From the NCBI GenBank assembly GCA_976226885.1, contig OZ320314.1, positions 49,228,001 through 49,292,000 of the forward strand: a DNA stretch of 64,000 nt, read 5' to 3'. Shown piece by piece: positions 48,269 to 61,730 of the stretch. The stretch comes from Iphione sp. A-MEVVRFRX5 (lineage: Eukaryota). Both the position numbers and the translations under genes were made by a program. Below the pieces are notes generated by a model. It made no database searches. It saw only the letters and a program-made list of their open reading frames with translations, and was not told the DNA's origin. The number at the start of each line of letters is the position of its first letter. Positions within the stretch are counted from its first letter, which is position 1.

Positions 48269-49300
48269 CTCCTGCTCCTCTTATAACCTGTCATTATCTG
48301 GTCTTCCTTCCCTTCTCCTGTCCACCCCTGCTTTTCTTTCTCTCTTCTTCCCTCTCTTCTCTTCTGCTTCCATCTCCTCCCAAATATTCCCTCGTCTATC
48401 TATGGAAACTTTACAGTATGCTGGCGGATGAATGGGTTAGGGGTCTTAGTTATGGGTGACTGCAACATATCGGAGGCCTCAAAGAGACCTCTAACACAAT
48501 GCGGGTCGATATCTTTGCTTCTTCAACAGATGCAACAATGCCCAAATAGTGATCTACAAGTCATACTTTACACATCTTTGACCTGCATGAGCAAAATGCA
48601 TATTAACATTTGCTAAATGAATGGAAATGAGCTTTAATGCCAAGTAGGAAGGATATCAAGACGCTTTCACTTACCATGCCAACCTATGCGCTTCTCGGAA
48701 ATAAGGGGTTAAGGTAAACTATATACTGTTTTTCATTCAAGAAAGAATAAGCATTGTATAGGTAGTCTCGTGGGCTTTATAAATGCCGCATTCAACTGCT
48801 ACGAAAACTGGTGGGCAAATTGACTAAACAGCAGCTGGTCCGCATGAGATACAGATGATGTGACAACTGGTCAATACGGCAAGTAAAACGTATAACAAAT
48901 GATTGGAACGTAATCACCGGGGAATATAAAAACTGTGCCCCAAAAGTGTTGAAATAACTGGCCAAGTAACAGATTGACACAACTGGCTGGGATGGAAAAG
49001 ATACAAGACAAGTAAACTCATATGGCAATTGCCTGGGACAAGAATTGGATACAAATACGAAAACATGACTGTGCAACTAACCTAGAGTTGGTCATCATTA
49101 GACAACAACCCACTGGATGAGATGACAACTGGCTGAGACAAGAGCTCACCATAATTTTACAACGACTAACTTGCTGAACTAAAGTGGTGAGAACACTTGT
49201 AATCAGAACTGGCGGACAGCTTAAATAACTGGACAATTACATCAGTGACGGTGAAAGTCATGTGTAGAGACATTATCTACCACACAGCAAGGACTGCTAA

Positions 49301-49612
49301 GACCGTGTTCAAATGTATCCATAGAAAAATAACGTCTACGGATCCAGAGCCATGAAATACCTCCTGCATGCAGTGTTTGTTCAAGTCCCTCCCATATGTA
49401 ATACCAGATGTCTGTGCACCATTGAAGACTATGGAATATGGACCCTGGTCCATAAAAATCCATCTTGACTGGGTTGTGAATACGGATTCGGGTCCATATC
49501 CATTTTGAAACAGATGCATGTGGACACCTCAGACGAATGCCAATTGACAGGGAAAAAACATCTACGGATCCATACATGCTTTGAAGAAATACAGATACAT
49601 GTGAACACCACC
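49301..49612. mobile_element. PIF/Harbinger (Tourist-like) MITE, family 2, copy B
   Basis: TIR GACCGTGTTCAAATGTATCC / GATACATGTGAACACCACC with a TAA TSD on both sides. Shares ATGTATCCATAGAAAAA and GTCCATATCCATTTTGAAA with copy A. Confidence 0.8.
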
Positions 49613-51183
49613 TAAAGCAACCAACATGAAAGGGCAACATGTAGCTGATAGGCACAGTCAGTGGCAGGCAACCAGTTAAAATTAAAATAGCTAAAATTAC
49701 TACTAATAAGCTATGTATCGGCGACACGAAAATGCGTTCAAATGGACATCGGCCGATTCGATTTGTCACGGTACGACAATTCATCTTCATAACATGCTAC
49801 TAGGAATTTGTATGGCAGATACGGTTAGGATAAGGCTCTGGTTATGCAGAGTGGTTGAGATCGCGATAGAGGAGTAGCGATGAAGCGATGATAGGCCGGA
49901 TATGGAATTTGGTGTAGGGGTAATGTTTACTCTGGGATTCAAATTGTGGTACGAGTTTATTAAGGGTAAGAGTAAGGACTGGTTGCTCATGTATCTATCT
50001 TTCTATGTGAATGTCAGTTGTTCTATACCTTCTTCTAACAATTCACGCTCTATTTGGAACAGACCATCAGGAGCCAGGGCACACATCTGTCTATGGTCTA
50101 TCCGCCACTACGCAGCCAAATCTACGACCTAGGTACCGTGGTCTGACGCCTGCCTGTGGTTTGAGACGTCCTGAGTTCAAACCTTACCATGACCCATCAC
50201 ATTCCTCAGCCATGACAACCGTTCCATGACCTGGTTGCTGTATCTCACACCAGATGGACTATAGCAGTGCATATCTTGAAGGTGCATGTGTATAAAGGGA
50301 GGTGGCGCAGCGTCCATAATGAATCAGCGATTCCCATGGGCGCCCCCTCCCATCCGTCGTTCCCACCACTCTTGGGCCACCTATCCCTATCTCCTACTAC
50401 ACCTACAGTCATATGCCCCTTCCCACGCGTGCCCTTTCAGCTTCCATCATGTTTGACGAGGTGTAAGCCTCCCTCACCTTCTTCACCATCCCCTCCCGTC
50501 ATACTCGTATTAATCGCTTCTTCTCTCTATGTATCTCTCTCCCGCTTTTCTCTAATTTCGTTTGCTTCTTCCCCCTATTTTCATAATATTTATCTCTTCT
50601 ATCCTGACTGCTCGTCTCCCTTACCAAACCTTACCTCTATCCTCTTTCCTATCCATCTTGTCCACTCCCTCTTTAGCCCTTTCATTTCCGCCTCCATACC
50701 CCCCCCCGTTCGCCTTTCTATATCTTTTCAAGTCTCCCCCCTTCTCCATCCACCACGCCGCTGCCCTTTCAGCCTTCGCTATGTTTGACAAGGTCTTAGC
50801 CGCGCGGTGTCGTCAACGCTGTGTCAATATGGCGTGTTTAAATAGCCGTCGAAGGCTTCATGTCTCTCCACCGGATGTCAGCATACTGTAGGCAAACCAC
50901 CGATACCCCTGCCCAGCTCTCACCCTCCTCTCTACCAGTCTTTTACAGACCCCTCCCCCCTCCCTGTCCTTACTCATCCTTATAGCTATGGCGACCTAAG
51001 GCACCAGTCCTGCCAATATTTGTTCTTCTATTACATAAATCCATCAATTTGATTACGCTAGAAAAAGCTCTCACCTACACCGTAATTGCCTTTCGTCTCA
51101 ACTTCTCTTCTACAGGAATTGCTCATGTTGTTAGACCCTCGGCACTTTCCGTTGGGGGTTCTGCTGGTCTTTGCTACGTTCAT

Positions 51184-51261
51184 CACGTGGCTTCCGCTTG
51201 TAAATTTAGGGTCCTAATCACGAAGTTCGTCGAGGGGTCTCTGACAAAGTAAGATGGCGGC
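51184..51261. promoter_or_regulatory. Promoter-like motif cluster (E-box, ETS, YY1)
   Basis: CACGTG at 51184, CTTCCG at 51191 and consensus YY1 AAGATGGCGGC at 51251-51261. Confidence 0.35.
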
Positions 51262-54200
51262 TTGCCTGCATACTATTTCTGCAACCCGATCACTGGCCGA
51301 TCTTATTAGATGGGACCCGGTTATTCGTAACGGGCCAGGGCCAGCACGAAATAGTTTGAGTAAATATGGCTCGCTGGCAGCCACTGAGACCCTTCTTCAG
51401 ACTTTTTTTGGTTGACGCGGCCCATGTCATGTAGGTGGACAATGCCTAACGCCATGGTTCTTGCTCAAATTGTACAAGTCACATGGCTCCCATTATGAGA
51501 ATTCTCCTCCTGTTACCCAAATGGCAAATAGAAACGAGCATCTCTTTGTCAGAAGGTCAATCGGTATGACTGATAAAAACTGTTTACCATTCTTCACCAA
51601 TATATCAGCAATATCTGTGATGTATGCCTTAAGCCTACCTTACCATTATTTCTTGCTCTGCTCCAAACCTAGATTTCTTCACCCGTTTGGCTCATGTTAC
51701 TTGCGGCCGTCTAGCACCATCATTTAAACCTAGATGCAGGGATTTGGCAATGTTTTGCTTGATTCTAAATCTCCTTGGATGTATACTATCTAGAATCGCG
51801 GAATATTTTATTCTTTCACACCCATGGATATAACTGTGAGAGGAAGGGCCCATCTACTACAACAGGAGCCGAGCTGTGGAGCGTGCCAAGAGGAGCTGTT
51901 GTTGTACGATATTTAACGATGGAAACTTAGCCTTGTTACATGACAAGCAAGATTATTTCTCTTGATCTGGGTGCCCTATGACAGACACTCCCAATAGGGA
52001 AAATCCGGCCTGAAGAATTTTGTCCTCGTCTTTGACTAGAAATTGCTATTGGCATGGCTCGAGGTTAATTTGTGTGCTATCTTTTAAGTACCACCACTGT
52101 CTCCTTATAAAGACGGCCTTTCCAATAGATGGGGCAGCCTGAAATAGGAGCAGTGATTCACATTCGTATTTACCCAGCCTAAAATGACTTTAGAACCCTT
52201 CCCATAGATTGAATACATTTCGTCAGCCCTCATCTAGACCCCCTCAGAGACCATGTGGTGGTTAACCTTTAAAGGCACTGACCCAGTCGGAGGAACCAAG
52301 ATGATTAAGTGATGGAAGGTGTTGATGCTACATTTTCTATACCCCACGCTCACCAACTTGGTTTGTGACTGTGACCTCCAGCGGCTCCTAAATTTGTTCG
52401 CTTTGACTTTTTCTGTTGGACACTTGTTTCTGACGGGATTGTTCGGTAATAGTGGGTTTCCTAAAACCAGAGGCGAGTTGGCAGTGAATGCGGCTCCCTT
52501 CTGAGAGAGGCGCCATGTATAGTGTGGTTTGTTTGGAGCAGGCGTTCTTGGATCACAGTCATGACCAAAGAAAGAATTGCCTTTCAGCGGGTTCAGTCAT
52601 ATAAGGTCGAGCATCTTCGTCAAAATCTGTATTATTGTTGGCCTATGGTTTCTTACTGAATGTTACATCCCTTTCTGAGTAATACAAATTTTTAAAATAG
52701 AATGAAATACTTGTTCTTACCAAGAACTATTCACACGAATAAAAGCATCCAGGCAATGATGATTTATTTACGTGTATATTTTGAATCATTCAGTTACAGG
52801 GAATTGCTTTTCTTGATTAAAAAGCATAAATTGTTACAATACACCTGTTGTACATGAAGAGTACAACATAGTTAAGAACAACTGAGAATGTGATACTGAA
52901 TGCTACTGAATGCTATCCTATTAGAGATAATTGGTAATGTAATTAAGCATGACCCAATTAAAAGCAACTAATTCCCCTGATTATCAAGCATCCATGTAAA
53001 ACTAAAATAAATGCAACAGTATTTTTAAGTGTATATAAAGAGTACACAAACTGTAATCAATAATTAGAACCAACTAATAATGGAGATTAACCCTTGAAAA
53101 CGACCAAGATCGTCAATAACCAAACATCTGCATATGTGTTTACATAACGCATGTATTGAATGGCTCTCATAAAGCCAAGTCAACGACGAAACCAGGCTCG
53201 CTCTGCTTTGAGAGTTTATTCTCTATTTGTAAAAAAAAGCTATAACGTCACTCCATTCAAAAGCAGCTACTAGAAATATGGCAGAACGGAGCCAATGATT
53301 TCATATCTGTCAATATTATGCTCTTACACAAAGATCCATATATCCAAAATGAACTGTTTTGTCGTAAAGCCTTGATAAAATGGCAATTCGGATCGAACTA
53401 CCTGTGAGGTCGCTGGAAGGGCAACCATTCCGTAACCACAGTGGGAGCGAGGGATAATTGTAGGTGACTAAATGCGTAACGTAACGTTGGTAAGAACGCC
53501 TATATTGACGTCAACACAGGTAAGAGGACGTACCTGTGTCATCACCTGTAGTTAACATTAACAACTTGTTTAGGTGTCGATCATTGGTAGTAAGTCAACC
53601 CCCGCTGTTTTCTCACTGCAATCTGAGTACCTTATTGAGTGAATTATGATATCCTGTTATTGTTTCCAGCTCGTGAATGGAAGGTGGGGCCTCGTCGGGC
53701 AATTACCTCCACTCCTTGTTTCCTCTCAAGCCAGGGCTATGAGAATATGTTCCCAATTAGGTGCGCCATTTCTTCCCGAAAAAAAAATTCGCCGTTCTTA
53801 AGAGTGATGTTTTATTTACGATCATGACACTTGTAATCAAGGGGTGCATGTGCTGTGTGTTTTGCTGGGTCTTTTTCGATAGGTAGTTTGACAGAAGGCT
53901 TTTTCAGATGGTTACTGGTTGTGACAGGTTAGAATTGACCAAGTATTCCAGACATTGAGGAGAAGGAGATAAATGATGAAGGATAATGACACATAACGAA
54001 AGGCCACATTTGTGTTTGTTTAAATGTATCGTCGAGTCATAAGGTCTACCAATAGGCGATAACAAGACCTTATGGTGAAAGATACAACATATACAAGCAA
54101 AGAATATAGTGCAGTTATTTCTCACTTAGTTTTCAGTGTTTGATCAGTTTAAAACGTGCGTATACGGACAAAATATGTACAAATGGATAGTAAACCTTGT

Positions 54201-57200
54201 CAAAATTTATACAGAAGATTTGCGTTTTTTGAATGTTTCATCAGCTTGATTAGAAAGGCAGGACTCTATAATATGCAGGGTATCGAAACAGAAATTGCGT
54301 ATCACTAAAATATATGAACCACATTTGAATGATATTGACAGTGGCACGTATTTACTTTAAGGATTCTCTCTCATTTCAATTGTCATTGTTATTACTCTAA
54401 ATTACAAAACAAAATATATCACAATACAATATATCAAAATGACCTTAATGAAAGGAACACACCAACAGAACACAGGTGGTAATGTTTTAGACGGCTTGTG
54501 TCAAGATTCCCAACGTTTCAGGGTGACATTGCCTTCTTCAATATATAGGTTTTTTTACTTTTTGACTTTTGTCTTGAGCTATCTGTTCAACACCTCCCCT
54601 CACCAACTCCAAAACATGGACTTGTCATTAATACAAAAACACGGCCATAATCTTTCATTTTGAAAGATTGCGGTATTTCCACTGCCAGGCGACATCTGGA
54701 AATGCTAGAGTGTTTCGGAATACATGTTCAATGATACTTTCAAATGGTCTTGAATCGTTCTACATTTATTCAACCTCAATCTTGGGTCTCTTTGTAATGG
54801 TGGCTTGCTTGGTCTTCATTATTTACCCTTGTTGATATCAATTTCACCATCCCTTTTTACCTTAACAGCATACAAAGTGGTATACCTTAGCTACCCTTGC
54901 TCGTACATTTGAGTGAACAGTATTTTTCATACTGAAACACTTTTAGTGACACCCTAGCTACTCCTGAACACACTTACGTCTACACTTTGTACATCTACCG
55001 AACTGCGCAATACATTGACACTTCCTTGTAGATGAATGTCGACTCCAATGTTTACATCATCATTTCATATGTACCTAGCTGAGGCTTTGTAATTCATCTT
55101 TCCTTCTCTTGTAAACCGTAAGAGCTCCTCTCCTTATCCACAGCCCTCCATTACTTTGATGTGCTGTCCCTGTTCTCTATGGAGGCAGAATGGTTTTATG
55201 TCCCTGCCCTATTGCTTCCTGCTCTCTGCGTTCTATTTGTATTTATCTACTTCTCGCTTTAACTTCGTCTTCTATTTCTCCCTTTCCTAAATTCCTTTTA
55301 CGCTTTCATTTTTCATATACAGTTGAAAACTGCATAGCAGACCAAGTTTGGGAGGGGCTAATTTTGGTCTCTCCCACGGTTTGGTCGCATTAGGCAATAT
55401 CTGTACATCATAAAATGGATAATTGGGTCTGAGAAATCTTGGTCTCTCCCCAAGTTTGGCCTCTCCGTCTTTAACCGGGTCTCTTCTGTACTGCTTTTGC
55501 TCTATTCATGTGCTTTAGTTCGACCTGGTCTTTTTAGCTCCTGACCAGTGTCCTCTCGGTTGCCCTCACACCTTCTTTCTCGTAATACGTTCTTTCCTCA
55601 GCTGCACCTTTCCTTCACTTTACCTGTTCCTTCCCCGTTGCTGACTGTTGTATTTTCGTTCATCGTGTTGCTATTTTCCTTGTCTGATTGGCGCAGTTCC
55701 TTACTTTATTCATTCTCCGTTGCCAGTTCTTCGTCTCCTCTCTGTTGGTGTTAAACATTTACCTTCCCTGCCATTTCTTCACCATCTTAATTCTCTCCCC
55801 CTTTTTTTAAATGACTGGCGTAGCTGGGTTTTCTGCCTCCTCTAAAGTTCATGTTATTCTCATGGAGAGGGCTGTAACGATGTACAACCATATACATGTA
55901 ATATATTCACTCATTAAGGTTTATCACTTTTTTTAATGCCGTCTTAATGATATACCGGTATATGTGGCCACCGCACGTATGACCGTAGCTTGGTGACTGG
56001 GATACATTCTAGTTAAACCTGTCCTGACATAGACACTCATACACACAAGTACACTTTACACTGATCTCCAGATATCATAAAAAGGAGTAAGCTCTTTGGC
56101 AAAGCATGACGATCTCTCAAGCTGCCCGATTCGCAGTGATAAAGAATTATACATTCTACTTCACTCTACCAAAATCACACACAAAAGATATGTCCTTAGC
56201 TCTGTGGAAACTTCTAAGATACAAAACGAAATGTTTCGATAAATGACCGTGTTAACCCTTTTAGAACTTTATGAATTGCTTTGCATAATACATCGACTAG
56301 ACATACGTGGTCGGCAATGATCGGTGTAGGTGATATATATCCCAACGCCGTTTGACATACAAGAAGAGATAATTGCAATACAAATTTGTATCACATGCAG
56401 CAACATTGCTAATGAAACACCCATCGAAATACGTAATCTTGCATAGTTAACTGGTTGAGCGAAACAGACGATCGCTAGCTAATTATACCTAATGAGTATC
56501 AATTTGGTTGCAGAAGACATTGCAACAGTTTCAAATCTTTTGACAGCATGGTCGGGATAGAAAGGTAGAGAGACAAGGCACGTCTGGTAATTCATGACCT
56601 TCCCTTTGGTTTTGTGGGAAAGACCATGCCTCCACCTCCCTTGACCCCACCTCTTCTCTCCTACGCCCCTGGGTCTTCGACTGGCATGATCGTAACTTTT
56701 GCAATCGTGTGAGAAAACCTCCTAACAGACCACCCAAGCCGATTTCCCAGCTGGGGAGGCAGGTTAGGGTGGACGTCTATAATAGCCCCTGACGTCTGCT
56801 TGCTAACACATTGATAAAGATATAGGTGGAGAGTGCTACCCTTGACTGGGGCCCAACATCCAGGGGCTAAAGTTTCAGCTATACATGTTTACCTTATATA
56901 TGAGGAACAACATTCGTTGACCAGGCAAGTTGGGGACAGTTTTTATGAAGTTGTCTATCAACTGCGATTTGATGAGAGGAGACATCTTGGAAATATGATA
57001 TCACACCCTCCCCACCCTCACCGAGACTCAAACCATCAAAGGCAAATAGCTAAGGGACTCCATCGAGACTTGGGTGTCCCTTCCATGTGCCCAGGTTGTG
57101 TGTACATTTTTCGTACAAATTCAACAGCAGGGCCTAGACGGCCCTCTCTATTCACACGTCTGGATGTCCATGCGTATGGGTTCTACATTTTCGTAGCGGA

Positions 57201-58269
57201 TTTATTATCAGCAGAACTCATTTTAGTGGCCTGATGCCTGTCTCGATGGAAGTGGTGAGAGCAACATACCAGACCCGGTACGAAATGTTACCGGCCATGG
57301 GAAAAGGGGTTTCCAATTCATTAAGTCAAAATGTAAAATAACCATATTAGAGGCCTAAAAATGAAGGAAATGGAAACTTAGTCATAACGTACTGTATTTG
57401 CTCATTTTTCATGTAAAATCGGTGTTAGAATGAGAATTCAAGATTATATTATTAACTAATTATTAACTTTGAATTGAGATATCTCAGGATTAAAAAGAGT
57501 ATTTTCACAATCTTTGCACCAAATATTGCCCCAAAATGTTTTTTTCCTGGCTGGTCACAAATACATATCACCATTTTCAGCCGATTTTGTTCGGATTTCG
57601 GACAATTCCGCCACTTCTCAACATATTCTTCATAGTCTGAGGTGTGATCAGAGGTGTGACTGCAATGTTTCACACCTTTGGGTGTGTTGTCACTACACAT
57701 TTAGCCCCAAATCAGCAAAATCGAGGCAAATTCATCTGAAAATCGGCAAAACTCAGCCAAATTCGTCCAAAAATCACTAAAATTCAGGCAAATTCGTCCA
57801 AAACTCGGCAAAATTTTGCCGAAAATCGTTTGGATTTCGGATATAAACGTTTGGTTATATGAGTACTTTTACAGTGAAATACAGTTCATCCCAGTCAACT
57901 TCGGTTGGATTTGGGAAAATTCGCTTTTGGAGTGTTTGGTTTTTGAGTATTGACTTTAATTTATATAGGCCACCCCGAGTCAACCGTACAATATCCAGCC
58001 AGATTCCCCGTTCATTTAGACGAAGTTGTGTGAAATAATAGGGGTTTCCTTCCTCTATTTCAGGTTATATTTATCCAAACGCCACAGTTTATTGATTTTT
58101 TGTGAAGCTGAGGCTGTTGGGATAAGTGGGGTTGACGGTATATTTAGTTGAATCATTTCTCAGAAGTCCCAGTTGAATAATCACTGCTTTTTCCACGTAC
58201 ATCAAAAGATTTTTCATGTAGGAAGCAACGTACAATAATGTTAAAAAGTAATTCATGATACAACTGAAA

Positions 58270-58562
58270 CTCACTAAAATATATTTGTGTTTCTGGTAAC
58301 ATGACTGAACCTGTTTCCGATCCTAACGATAATTTACATTTTTGTGAATATTTTCAGCATAAATAAAGATAGAGATTTATGCAATGCAACATTTTCTTCT
58401 TTATGAATTACAATCTAACCAGCATAAGTTATAGCACCAGGTTTGAGAAGAGCATCTAAATTTAACTCTGAAGTGTGTGTAAAAAAAGAAACCACCGACT
58501 GACCGACTCTACATTTTTTCAACATGTTACCAGAAACAGATATTTTTTTAGGGGGGGGGGCC
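58270..58562. mobile_element. Family 1-related MITE, copy G
   Basis: TGTGTTTCTGGTAAC … GTTACCAGAAACAG…GGCC|TTA, with an internal CCGACTGACCGAC motif. Confidence 0.65.
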
Positions 58563-58989
58563 TTATCACATACAAATCTAGAGTGAACTCTCTCCAGTTG
58601 CTATTATACTGAGTTACACCATAAGGTTTTTGTGTTATAAGACCAACCTTCGTTCTTTTCAAAACAGGTATATGTTCTTCAATGTCACTTCCTCAGTGGA
58701 AACTTTTTGGTCAGGCATATCTTTCTAGCATGAATTCTTATGGATTTTGGATTTATATTTCAAAATCATATAATTTGTTTCTAAAGAAGTACATGTTTGC
58801 ACTTCACAGAGGCACGCCTGTACTGTTGCTATCTCAGGCATGGCCTTATTTAGAAGAACTGTGTACATAGAGAAAAGGTATTTTGCTACTTTTCAACTTG
58901 CGTATTAATAGGAGTGTGACATTATTTGAGGTTGGTATTTACGTGAGAGTGAACTGTGTAACTTACTTCTAGCACACATCTCAATATAT

Positions 58990-59520
58990 TAGTAAATCTT
59001 TGTCAAGTCATTTAAAGATAATTTCTTGAATCTCAATGTAAGCAACACTAAAGAATTGATCATTGATTTCAGAACAAGTGACTTTGAACACACAGGGTTA
59101 CTAATTGATGTGAAAAGGTTAAAAGCTTACACTAGTATAAATATCTAGGTACCATCTTTGATGACAAACTTAACTTCTCTGCAAATGTAAGAATGTGTGC
59201 CAAAGAACTAACACCAGACTGTTCTTTCCAAGAAATGCAACTGGCCAAAAATAAAGTTTGAAATTATAACACTGAATCATGAAACAAACTCACGAAAATT
59301 GTCAATGTAAGTAAGAAGCTTAGCCTAACAGTCATCAAATCAATCATGGAAATGTATGAACTTAGTATAATCAACAGAGCAAATGTTGTCAGGTCAGATG
59401 TTTCTCACCCACTGCATGTAATATATGTGCTCCTGAGATCAGGCAAGAAACTATGAGTGGAATATGCTAAACTACATGGTATAGAAGATCTGTTATACCT
59501 GCTAGAATTCAAATTCTTAA
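58990..59520 (+). mobile_element. Decayed 3' fragment of an L2/Rex-Babar-like non-LTR retrotransposon RT
   Basis: Translations DNFLNLNVSNTKELIIDFR, YKYLGTIFDDKLNF and SDVSHPLH…LLRSGKK match the LNVSKTKE…DFR, YKYLG and HPL…LPSGRR motifs of this group. Frameshifted. Confidence 0.75.
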
Positions 59521-59898
59521 AACTAACAAAAAAGCTGTGTGTGCTTCATGTGTGTATTGTAGTATCAACTACATAAAGTTATATGTAAAGTTGAACATCC
59601 CGGTTGCAGACACCCTCTGTTCAGCTTCAAATCATCCACATTTCCGACGTGGCCATATTGGAGATTGTTAGTAGAATATGACAAGTACAGGTCCTATAAG
59701 TGCTGAATTTGATGACTAAAAGTCCAAAAAGTACCGAATTTGAAAATATAGAGTCATGAAAGTGGTTGTACACAGGAATTATTGATATCTACCTTTGAAA
59801 ATTACGTCTGAGGCCCCTCTGAAGCCTCACATTCGTGCTAAAACATGTTGTCTGTAGGGGGATACCAAGGGAAATGTGTGAAACTGACTTCTAAGGCC

Positions 59899-60350
59899 TC
59901 CCTCGAGCCCCAAATTCATGTGACAACAGTGTCCATAAGGGGACACTTTATAAAACTGGCTGTCCTTATTGTTGACATCTGTTTATAATGCTTAAGTATA
60001 GGAAACATTTCAGTTCTTCTCCAAATTGTCACCATTGGGGGATGCGTCTGCATCCCAGATGTGTCCGCATGCAAGGGGATGTCCCACTGTATAATGTAAA
60101 CATGTCTGTATGTTTGCCATATGAATGTTCTCCCTGGAGCCCAAATTCATGTGACAACAGTGTCCATAAGGGGACGCTCTGTAAAATTGGCTGTCCTTAT
60201 TGTCGACATCTGTGTATAATGCTTAAGTATAGGAAACATTTCAGTTCTTCTCCAAATTGTCACCATTGGGGATGCGTCTGCATCCCAGATGTGTCTGCAA
60301 GGGGATGTCCCACTGTATGATATGGACATGTCTGTATGTCTGAATGTATG
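59899..60350. repeat. Recent tandem duplication, about 232 bp x 2
   Basis: Units start near 59899 and 60131 with long identical blocks (CCCAAATTCATGTGACAACAGTGTCCATAAGGGGAC; ATAATGCTTAAGTATAGGAAACATTTCAGTTCTTCTCCAAATTGTCACCATTGGGG). Confidence 0.9.
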
Positions 60351-61730
60351 AATGTGAGATGTTACATACAAGAAAGGTTTCACTGTAAAATGATTAAAAA
60401 ATTGATCTCTAATCTTATCTTATCTTATCTATAAATGTGTGTTCTGCATGTGATCTATACTGTTCTAATAGAATGTAATTTAGCTACTTTCACAGGGCAC
60501 CGAAGGACGGGAATAAAAACAAATGGGTGGGACTGGTTACCATATATCTGATGTAGACATATATCTACACGCCTGAAAAAAGTGAAAAAATATGCATAAT
60601 TTTTATACATATAAAGACACGCAGCCACACTCTACAAAGCTCGATAGCACTTGGGATACCTACTATCAATAAAGCAGGACATCAAAGAACAAAAACACTG
60701 CGAATTGAGGGAGAGGAGACGGACAGATCCCGCAGGGAAATGTACAGAGAACCAAGTGGGGGCGGATATAACAGAAACAAAGACAGAGGGAGGAAGATTG
60801 AAAAATGGATGAAGCATTTTCTTCAATTCCCTCTGTATACAATCATTACATTTTGTTTATGAGCTTAGGTGCAATCTCTCGCTTATGCAGACTGTTCTAA
60901 TGCACATCAAATATATATATATCCAAATATTTACGTGTATTACTGCATGTATTAAACGTTATATTTATTATATAAAATCGAAGAGAATTATCTCATAAAA
61001 AAGAAAGGTCTCTATATCTGACAAGGTATCTATAAACAAACTAATAACCGTCTATTTACTGTAATTATCTTTATATCTAGTCTACAATCATTATTCATTA
61101 TCGTCTTCTTTAGCAGCAAAACAAACCGGTAATCATAATAATTAATGATCATGAACGATCACTTCAAAGAAAATATGCATCAAGATTGTGGTACACACCC
61201 AGAAGATAAAATACCTGTACATGTATTCACTTAGGGACTAAGTGGAGCAACATGTCACAAAACAGTTGCTTGACAGAGAAAACTATGGCTCTAAGTCACT
61301 GTCTCTTTGGCAGTAGAAACAGATTAAATGTCTGTCCTCAACACCATGTAGCACCCCATTCAGTCCTGTTTTCTTCAAATGCCATGATACTATCAGTTGC
61401 AGCCCGGGTACGGTAAAAAAGTCTTTTTTTCATATTTTGTTTACTTGATTTTTGTACTTAGTGGCTGCAATGTATGTTATCACACAGAATACACTTAGCT
61501 ATTTTTCATAGCAGAATTCTCTTTTATATTTATGATGCTTTACGTTGCCCATCAAGGAGAAGAACCTGGCTAAAGGTGCCTCTGTAGTGATTACAGTTGC
61601 TAGCATCATGTAAGAGCAATGGTCTGTATCCCCAGCTGCTAGTCAATGAGTGAACACCACTCTGCACAATAGTAGTAGTTGTATCAATCAAATATCACTG
61701 TGCTTGAATTTGTTTTTTTTTTTCATTATA

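Noticed and set aside
49242-49790. 182-aa minus-strand ORF
   Set aside because: Largely overlaps a non-coding MITE, has an alternative start codon, and shows no motifs.
50135-50185. tRNA/SINE-like A-box and B-box (TGGTCT…GAGTTCAACC)
   Set aside because: No cloverleaf can be built and no second copy was seen. Too weak to call.
6647-53513. Three CRE palindromes TGACGTCA (6647, 32992, 53506)
   Set aside because: About one is expected by chance in 64 kb, and they are not clustered.
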